DNA of 64,000 bases, taken from positions 5,147-69,146 of IMG/VR virus record IMGVR_UViG_3300044731_001110; one strand, 5' to 3'. The translations under genes and the position numbers were made by a program. Positions 20,742-28,900 of the stretch are shown in pieces. The DNA is from a virus. Positions within the stretch are counted from its first letter, which is position 1, and every line of letters begins with the position of its first letter. The notes under the pieces were generated by a model that saw only the letters and a program-made list of their open reading frames with translations, did no database searches and had not been told where the DNA came from.

Positions 20742-21466
20742 GTACGGTACAAGGAGGTTGGCGAGGACCAAACATTACAAAGGATGGTTTATTAATATAT
20801 CTGGACCCAAGTTCACCAAATTCGTACTATCAATTACAAGGAGGAACAACCTTAAAAGATATTTCTGGCGGTGGAAGAAATGGTTCATTAGTTAATACTC
20901 CAACATTTAGTACGACGGTTGGTGGTATGTTTACATTTAATGGTACAAATCAATACATTAATTGTGGTAACTCAGCTGCCTTACAAATTACTCAAGGAAC
21001 AATTAGTGCTTGGGTTAGAGCTACAAGTGGTAATAGTAGTTTTAGGGGTATTGTTGTAAAACAAAATGCTTGGGGACTTTTTTTAAATAGTAATGTATTA
21101 ATTGCTTTTGATTGGGGTAACTATTATGCTAGTGGATTTGATATAAATCAAGGAATTAGAAGTACCGGAATAAATCTTGGAACAAATACTTGGACAAATG
21201 TTACAATGACCTTCTCCCAAACAGTAGGTGTTGCAACACCAGGACCACCAAATAATAATGTGATTATTTATGTAAACGGTTTACCAGTATTAACAACAAC
21301 AACTTTACACCTTGATCACACAGCACCAATCCAACTTGCTTGGGCTAATTTTGCTGGACAATATTTAATAGGTGATATTGCACAAGGATTGGTATATACC
21401 AAAGTTTTAACAGCAACAGAAGTTTTACAAAACTTTAATGCAACTAAATCAAGATTTGGTTTGTAG
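20738..21466 (+). CDS. LamG/concanavalin A-like domain protein (3 of 3)
   Basis: DGLLIYLD, FNGTNQYI, TISAWV, IYVNG, EVLQNFNATKSRFGL. Confidence 0.8.
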   Translation: MSTVQGGWRGPNITKDGLLIYLDPSSPNSYYQLQGGTTLKDISGGGRNGSLVNTPTFSTTVGGMFTFNGTNQYINCGNSAALQITQGTISAWVRATSGNSSFRGIVVKQNAWGLFLNSNVLIAFDWGNYYASGFDINQGIRSTGINLGTNTWTNVTMTFSQTVGVATPGPPNNNVIIYVNGLPVLTTTTLHLDHTAPIQLAWANFAGQYLIGDIAQGLVYTKVLTATEVLQNFNATKSRFGL

Positions 21467-21479
21467 TATACTTATCAAT

Positions 21480-21698
21480 ATGTCACATCAACTAACAATA
21501 TCTGGAACTACTGGTACGCCACCATACGATGTGTATGTTTGTGATATTACAAACACTTATTGTTATTTAGTTTCTGGTGGAACATACATATCCGTATATA
21601 CCTTTGAGGTCCCACAACCATTAAATAACGTTGGTTCACTACTTGTAAAACTTATCGATTCAAACAGTTGTGAAATATTTAATTTTTATGAGTGTTAG
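21480..21698 (+). CDS. Small beta-rich hypothetical protein
   Basis: ATG at 21480 in frame with track ORF 21438; GTPPYDVYVCD motif. Confidence 0.6.
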   Translation: MSHQLTISGTTGTPPYDVYVCDITNTYCYLVSGGTYISVYTFEVPQPLNNVGSLLVKLIDSNSCEIFNFYEC

Positions 21699-21714
21699 TT
21701 ATTTTTAACTAACT

Positions 21715-22959
21715 ATGACAATATTTGTACAAATCGCATCTTATAGAGACCCCCAGTTTATACCAACAATTAAAGATATGTTGGATAAAGCAAAATACCC
21801 AGAAAATTTAAGATTAGGTATTGCTAGACAATTTCACCCAGATGATAAGTTTGATGATTTAAGTGAATATGAAAATGATGAACGTTTTAGAATTTTAAAT
21901 ATCCCTTACACAGAATCAACAGGAGTTTGTTGGGCAAGACATCAAGTACAACAGTTATATAGTGGTGAAACATATACATTACAGTTGGATTCACATATGC
22001 GTTTTGAAAAAAACTGGGATGAAGAGTTAATTAATATGTTAGTTGACTTACAAATTGACGGTTATCAAAAACCGTTATTGACTGGTTATGTGTCGTCTTT
22101 TGATCCAGAGAATGACCCAGAAGGTAGAGTAACAGAACCGTGGAGAATGGTATTTGATAGATTTACACCAGAAGGTGTTGTTTTCTTTTTACCAGAAGTA
22201 ATACCAGGATGGCAAGAATTACAAAAACCAATTCCCTCAAGATTTTATTCGGCACACTTTTGTTTTACATTAGGTGAGTTTTCAGTTGAGGTCCAACACG
22301 ACCCGGAATATTATTTTCACGGAGAAGAAATATCAATTGCTGTTCGAGCTTATACACACGGATATGATTTATTCCATCCACATAAAATTGTAATTTATCA
22401 CGAATACACAAGAAAGAATAGAACAAAACAGTGGGATGATAATAAAGAATGGTGGAAAAAAAATAATTCATCACACGAAAAAAATAGAAAAGTTTTAGGG
22501 GTTGATGGTGAAAAATATAAAGGTAAATTAAAATATGGTTTTGGGAAAATTAGAACAATCAAAGACTATGAAAAATATGCAGGAATTAGATTTAAAAATA
22601 GATCTGTACAACAATATACAATAGATAAAAATTACCCACCAAATCCACATAACTTTAAAAATGAAAAGGAATGGGAAGAATCTTTTTTACAAATTTTTAA
22701 ACATTGTATTGATTTACCACTAGATAAAATCCCATATGGTGATTATGAATTTTTTGTTGTTGCATTTCATGATAAAAATGATGAAACGTTGTATAGAAGA
22801 GATGCACAACCAGATGAAATTAAAACCATAAAAAGTGATCCAGATGGTTATGGAAAGATATGGCGAGAATTTAACACAAAAGAAAAACCAAAATATTGGG
22901 TTGTGTGGCCATATTCAAAATCAAAAGGATGGTGTGATAGATTAGTTGGTGATTTATGA
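21715..22959 (+). CDS. GT60-like polypeptide/hydroxyproline N-acetylglucosaminyltransferase
   Basis: TIFVQIASYRD, GVCWAR, LQLDSHMRF (DSH), FHGEE and YTHGYD motifs of the Gnt1/GT60 family. Confidence 0.8.
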   Translation: MTIFVQIASYRDPQFIPTIKDMLDKAKYPENLRLGIARQFHPDDKFDDLSEYENDERFRILNIPYTESTGVCWARHQVQQLYSGETYTLQLDSHMRFEKNWDEELINMLVDLQIDGYQKPLLTGYVSSFDPENDPEGRVTEPWRMVFDRFTPEGVVFFLPEVIPGWQELQKPIPSRFYSAHFCFTLGEFSVEVQHDPEYYFHGEEISIAVRAYTHGYDLFHPHKIVIYHEYTRKNRTKQWDDNKEWWKKNNSSHEKNRKVLGVDGEKYKGKLKYGFGKIRTIKDYEKYAGIRFKNRSVQQYTIDKNYPPNPHNFKNEKEWEESFLQIFKHCIDLPLDKIPYGDYEFFVVAFHDKNDETLYRRDAQPDEIKTIKSDPDGYGKIWREFNTKEKPKYWVVWPYSKSKGWCDRLVGDL

Positions 22960-24620
22960 TTACGTTAGTAACCGGTCTTTGGGATATTGGTAGAGGATCC
23001 TTAAATGAAGGATGGAATAGATCTTTTAACTATTATTTAGAAAAATTTAATGAATTATTAAAAATTGATTGTAACTTAATTATTTTTGGTGATGACAACC
23101 TTGAGACTTTTGTTAAAGAAAGAAGGAATATGTCAAAAACAAAATTTATTAAAAGAAGTTTAGATTGGTTTAAAAATAATGAATTTTATAATAAAATACA
23201 AGAAATAAGAACTAACCCCGATTGGTATAATCAAGTTGGTTGGTTAAAAGAATCCACACAAGCGAGATTAGAATTTTATAATCCACTTGTTATGTCTAAA
23301 ATGTTTTTATTACACGACGCATTACTTTTGGACCCATTTAACTCCGAAAAATTGTATTGGATTGATGCTGGAATATCAAACACAGTTAATATCGGTTATT
23401 TTACACACGACAATGTTTTAGAAAAAATTGATAACTTATTTGATAAGTTTTCTTTTATTGTTTTTCCATATGAAGCAAACACAGAAGTTCACGGATTCAA
23501 TCATTCAAAAATGTGTGATTACGCAAAAGAAAAAACTGAATTTGTTGCAAGAGGTGGATTTTTTGGTGGCACCAAAGAAACAATAAAAGAAATGAATAGT
23601 TTATATTATTTTCTTTTAAAAGACACATTAAAAAATAACTTAATGGGTACCGAAGAAAGTATATTCACAATTATGACTTATTTGCATCCGTCTCTAATTG
23701 ATTATACTAAAATAAACTCCGATGGTCTTTTATACAAATTTTTTGAAGACGTAAAAAATAATAATGTTATTATTGAGACAAACCAAAAAATAATAAAACA
23801 AAATTATGGTTCCGGAGTTGGTTTGTATGTTATTACATTTAATTCGCCAAATCAATTTGAAACTCTGATTAAATCAATGTTGGGTTATGATCCAGACTTT
23901 ATTTATAAAACAAAAAAGTTTCTATTAAATAATTCAACCGATTATAATACAACACCTAGGTATTTGGAGTTATGTGAAAAATACGGTTTTGAACATATAA
24001 AGAAAAATAACATTGGTATTACTGGTGGTAGACAATTTATTGCGGAACATTTTAATGAACAAGAAGATTTAGGTTATTATTACTTTTTTGAGGATGATAT
24101 GTTTTTTACTAACCCAAATTCTGGAGTTTGTAAAAACGGTTTTAATCGAAACGTTAATAATTTATTTTCAAATTCTTTAACAATATTGAAAAAAGAAAAT
24201 TTTGATTTTTTAAAATTAAACTTCACAGAATTTTTTGGTAGTAATAATACACAGTGGGCTTGGTATAATGTCCCACAAGACTTTAGAGAAAAACATTGGT
24301 CAAATAAACCAAGCTTACCAAGTGAAGGTTATGATCCGGATGCACCAAAAACAAATTTTAAAAATATAAATTCATATAATGGAATCCCATACACAAATGG
24401 TGAAATATATTTATGTAATTGGCCGATATTATTATCAAAAGAAGGAAATTACAAGTGTTATTTAAAACAAAAATTTCAATTTCCATACGAACAAACTTTG
24501 ATGTCATACAATTTCCAAGAAACAATAAAGGGAAATTTAAATCCTGGATTACTTTTAATTACACCAACTGAACATAATAGATTTGAATTTTATGACGCTT
24601 CATTAAGAAAAGAATGTTGA
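22956..24620 (+). CDS. HtrL/YibB-like domain fused to a C-terminal GT-A-like domain
   Basis: ITLVTGLWDIGR, YWIDAG, GGFFGG in the N-half; YVITFN, NIGITGGR, FFEDD in the C-half. Confidence 0.65.
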   Translation: MITLVTGLWDIGRGSLNEGWNRSFNYYLEKFNELLKIDCNLIIFGDDNLETFVKERRNMSKTKFIKRSLDWFKNNEFYNKIQEIRTNPDWYNQVGWLKESTQARLEFYNPLVMSKMFLLHDALLLDPFNSEKLYWIDAGISNTVNIGYFTHDNVLEKIDNLFDKFSFIVFPYEANTEVHGFNHSKMCDYAKEKTEFVARGGFFGGTKETIKEMNSLYYFLLKDTLKNNLMGTEESIFTIMTYLHPSLIDYTKINSDGLLYKFFEDVKNNNVIIETNQKIIKQNYGSGVGLYVITFNSPNQFETLIKSMLGYDPDFIYKTKKFLLNNSTDYNTTPRYLELCEKYGFEHIKKNNIGITGGRQFIAEHFNEQEDLGYYYFFEDDMFFTNPNSGVCKNGFNRNVNNLFSNSLTILKKENFDFLKLNFTEFFGSNNTQWAWYNVPQDFREKHWSNKPSLPSEGYDPDAPKTNFKNINSYNGIPYTNGEIYLCNWPILLSKEGNYKCYLKQKFQFPYEQTLMSYNFQETIKGNLNPGLLLITPTEHNRFEFYDASLRKEC

Positions 24621-24647
24621 TTGGTATATTTATAGTAAAAACTATTG

Positions 24648-25880
24648 ATGGAATTTTTTATTAAAAAAAATGCCACACTTCCTCTTTTAAAAATGCAAGT
24701 CGTAAAAGACGGGAGAAGTGACTATAATAATATGATGGATCTTATTGAGGAATCTTCAATCTTCTTTTCGATGGTTGATGTTGAAACTGGGATTCCAAGA
24801 ATAAGTACAAGACCAGCGGGTTATGTAAATAAAATATTACTAGACCCAAATGCGGAACCTGAATATTATGTATACTACCAATTTTCAAATTTTGATACAA
24901 GAAAAGTCGGTAGATATGAAGGTCAATTTTTATTTGTTAATGACCAAGGTACTTTAATTTTACCAATAAGGGATAAGTTATTTATTAATATCCAAGAAAG
25001 TTTTATTGGTGATGGTTTGACATACGATAATAATTGTTATGTGATTGATTATCCTTGTTGTAATCCTTCACCACCAGTTACTGCAACAACAACTACAATT
25101 TGTTATGTACCACCAACACCAACACCTTCACCAATTCCATTAGTAATAACATTAACAACAGTTGTAACTCCTGGTTCAATCGTTATTGATTATTACTTAA
25201 CAGCAAATAAAGTTGTTGACCAAAATGTTGATTTATTTTTTGACCACGTTTTAGGTGTTTATACCGGAAGTCCAATAACAATATCAACTGGTGTTACAAT
25301 AAATCAAGGTGGAACAACTGGAACAACACAAGTTATATTACCAGATAATTTTGATAATTTAACAAGAAATGATCAATACCAAAATGTAACAACAATTCCT
25401 AGTGGAATAACATATATAATTTCTGGAGACACATTCCCAGTAACACCAACCCCAACACCGAGTCCAACTCCAACACCGAGTCCAACTCCGGAAATAATAC
25501 AAAATGCAATTCTAACAAATAATAATGAGTATATTGGTATTGGGACAAATGAGTATTTAAGTTATGTTGATGTAACTTATTTTGTTGAGACAAATATTCA
25601 AAGCGGGTCAACAATTACAACTTTTTCAGTAACCGGTTCGACACCATATAGTAGTGATGTGATTATACCTTTAAGTGTTGTATTAGATTTAACAACCGGT
25701 GGTACAATAACAATAAGTGATTCTGTAACAATACCACAAGGTGAAATAGTTGGTACTAAAACAAATACAAACCCATTAAACTATAATAGTTTAAATAAAA
25801 ATGCGGAATTAAGAATACAACAACCAAATAATACATTTGTTAATTGTTTATTTTTAGCTTACCCAATAAATTTTGAATAA
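24648..25880 (+). CDS. Putative structural protein, BppU-like N-terminal domain, PT/T linkers and two similar beta domains
   Basis: FFIKKNATLP start; TATTTTI and PTPTPSP linkers; TATTTAT at 24627-24633. Confidence 0.55.
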   Translation: MEFFIKKNATLPLLKMQVVKDGRSDYNNMMDLIEESSIFFSMVDVETGIPRISTRPAGYVNKILLDPNAEPEYYVYYQFSNFDTRKVGRYEGQFLFVNDQGTLILPIRDKLFINIQESFIGDGLTYDNNCYVIDYPCCNPSPPVTATTTTICYVPPTPTPSPIPLVITLTTVVTPGSIVIDYYLTANKVVDQNVDLFFDHVLGVYTGSPITISTGVTINQGGTTGTTQVILPDNFDNLTRNDQYQNVTTIPSGITYIISGDTFPVTPTPTPSPTPTPSPTPEIIQNAILTNNNEYIGIGTNEYLSYVDVTYFVETNIQSGSTITTFSVTGSTPYSSDVIIPLSVVLDLTTGGTITISDSVTIPQGEIVGTKTNTNPLNYNSLNKNAELRIQQPNNTFVNCLFLAYPINFE

Positions 25881-25908
25881 TAAAAAGTATTTATAAATAA
25901 AAAATAAT

Positions 25909-28900
25909 ATGGCAACTTTAACAGGAAAAACAATTGGTGAATTAACACTTCTAACTGGAATTACAAATAATACATTATTTCCGGTAGAATATAATTTAAC
26001 AACATATCATATTCCATACTCCGGTATTAGTAATTTCCTAACCGGAGGTACCTATTCAAATGGTTCAATAACATTTACAAATAATCAAGGAAGTAGTTTT
26101 GTTGTATCTGGTTTATACACTGGATCAACAGATTTTTATGTTACTGGTGGTACATACTCAAATGGTACAATTACTTTAGACAGACAAAATGGTTCTGTAT
26201 CAATTACTGGTTTATATACTGGTTCTACCGATGTATTTGTTACTGGTGGTACCTATGATAACACAACTGGTACATTAACTCTAGAAGATAATAACGGAAC
26301 GTCATTTGGTGTAACTGGATTTACAACTGGTGGTACTGGGACTTCTTTATATGAAGTTGGTTCTGGAACTGACTCAACACAAAGGGTTGGTGTTAACTCG
26401 GCAGCATTAGGTAATATTTCAATTATTGCTGGAGGTTCTGGAAATACCGCAAGTGGTTATGTTTCAGTTATTAGTGGTGGTATACTTAACACATCGTTAG
26501 GTGACTGTTCTGTTATTGGTGGTGGTTCTTGTAATACATCCGGAATTAATGGTATTGTTGATTCGATATATAACCAAACTTTTACCGGTAATATTCCATC
26601 TAGTGGTTTTTATGGTTCATTTTCACCATCATCAACACTTTCTGGTCTTGGTACTGGTTCAACTTTTTCTTTTTACTTTTCATCTCCAACAACTTTAAGT
26701 AATGTTTATATTGGTAATCAAGGTAGTGGATATGTTAGTGGTGACACTTTAACATTTAACGGAACAATATTTGGTGGTGCTGTACCACAAGATAATGTTA
26801 CACTACAAATCACAACAACAAATGGCGGTTCAAACATTGTTGTTGGTGGTGGTTGTAGAAATACAGCAAATAGAAACTCATCAACAATCAGTGGTGGGAT
26901 TTTAAATAAAAGTAACGCAAACTGCTCAACAATCGGTGGCGGTTGTTGTAATATTATCACAAAAGACTCTTGTTACTCAACAATTAGTGGTGGTAGAAGA
27001 AATACTGGATACGGTTGTTACGGAGTAATTAGTGGTGGTCGTTGTAACGAAGCTGGTGCTTACGGTACAATAACTGGAACATATAATCAAGTATATACTG
27101 GTGGTACCTTAAACGGAACTTTTTCTGGTGGGTACGGCCCAACATCAACAACATCTGTTTATGGTGATGATGCCTTATTTGGTTTTGTCTTTAATTCTGG
27201 AACTTTATCTAGTGTTAAAATTGTTAATGGTGGTAATCTATATAGTGGAAATGATACTTTATTTTTTAATGGTAATATATTTCCTGGTGGAACAACTGGT
27301 ATTGATGATGTAACATTTCAAGTTAGTACATCAATAAATAACTATGCAACAGTAGCTGGTGGATGTTGTAATACTGCATCTGGTGAATACTCAACAATTA
27401 GTGGTGGGTATGAAAATACAGTATCCGGTGATTATTCAACTATTGGTGGGGGTTCTTGTAACACAATTAATACTAATTCGTGCTATTCAACTATTGGTGG
27501 TGGTGACGATAATACAATCCTTCAAGGTGATGTTGCAACAATTAGTGGTGGTGAAAATAATACGATAAGTGGTGATTATTCATTTATTGGCGGTGGTTAT
27601 GATAATATAATAACAAGTTCTTGTGCTACAATTAGTGGTGGATTTAACAATACCGCTAGTGGTTACAATTCATTTATTGGTGGTGGAGAAAATAACGTTT
27701 CTGGGCGAAATAATTTTGTTGACGGAATAAATAGTTCTGTATATACTGGTGGTACTTTGAATAATACTTACGGTGGTATCTCACCAACATCAACATCAAG
27801 TGGTACTGGGTCTGGAGCATTATTTAGTTTTGATTTTGTTCTTGGTGTATTACAAACCATCCAAATACAAAACGGAGGTTCTGGTTATTCTAATGGTGAA
27901 ACACTATATTTTAACGGTGGATTATTTGGTGGTGGTTCATCTCCTTTAGATGATGTTTGGTTAAACATCAATACAAACAATAGTACACATACAACAATAA
28001 GTGGTGGTCGTCAAAATACATCAAGTAATTTTTATTCAACAGTAAGTGGTGGTAGACAAAATACAGCAAGTGGAAATTCTTCAACCGTAAGTGGTGGTCT
28101 TGAAAATACAGCAAGTTGTTTTGGATCAACAGTAAGTGGTGGTGTCCTTAACACATCAAGTAACAATTATTCAACAATAAGTGGTGGATTTAGAAACACA
28201 TCAAGTGGTTATAATTCAACCGTAAGTGGTGGTTATCGTAACACATCAAGTAATTATTTTTCAACCGTAAGTGGTGGTCGTAATAATGTTTCCGAAAACC
28301 AATTTGATACAATTGGTGGTGGGTGTTGTAATACAACAATATTAAGTGGTGGCGCAACGGGTGCTGCAACAATAAGTGGTGGTGAGTGTAACACATCAGG
28401 AAATTACTACACATTTAATGGTGGTGGTTGTAGAAACGTTACACTAGGTGAATTTTCAACAATAGGAGGTGGATTAGGAAATACAAATTATGGTGGTTTT
28501 GTAACCTCAATTAGTTTTAATTCTGGTAGTTTATCTGGAATCACAGATAACACATATACAGTTAATCCAACTAGTTTAGTTGGTTATGGTTCAAACTTAC
28601 AATTTAGTTTTGATGTTAGTGGTGGTGTTGTTAGTAACATTATAATCATAAATCCAGGTGTAAGATATGAACAAGGAGAACAAGTTTTAGTTTCTGGTAA
28701 TACTATTGGTGGTTCATCACCAGCAAATGATTTAACCTTTAATTTAGATGATGTTGTAACTTCAGAATTTTCTTTTATTGGTGGTGGTGGGTGTAACACC
28801 TCAATAGGTTTTGCATCATCAATTCTTGGTGGGCTTTCTAATACTGCAAGTGGTGATTACTCAACAGTTGGTGGTGGTGGATCATCATCTGGATATAATG

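Noticed and set aside
19087-21466. Diversity-generating retroelement acting on the LamG or fibre genes
   Set aside because: No reverse transcriptase in the window and no template/variable repeat pair differing only at adenines was seen
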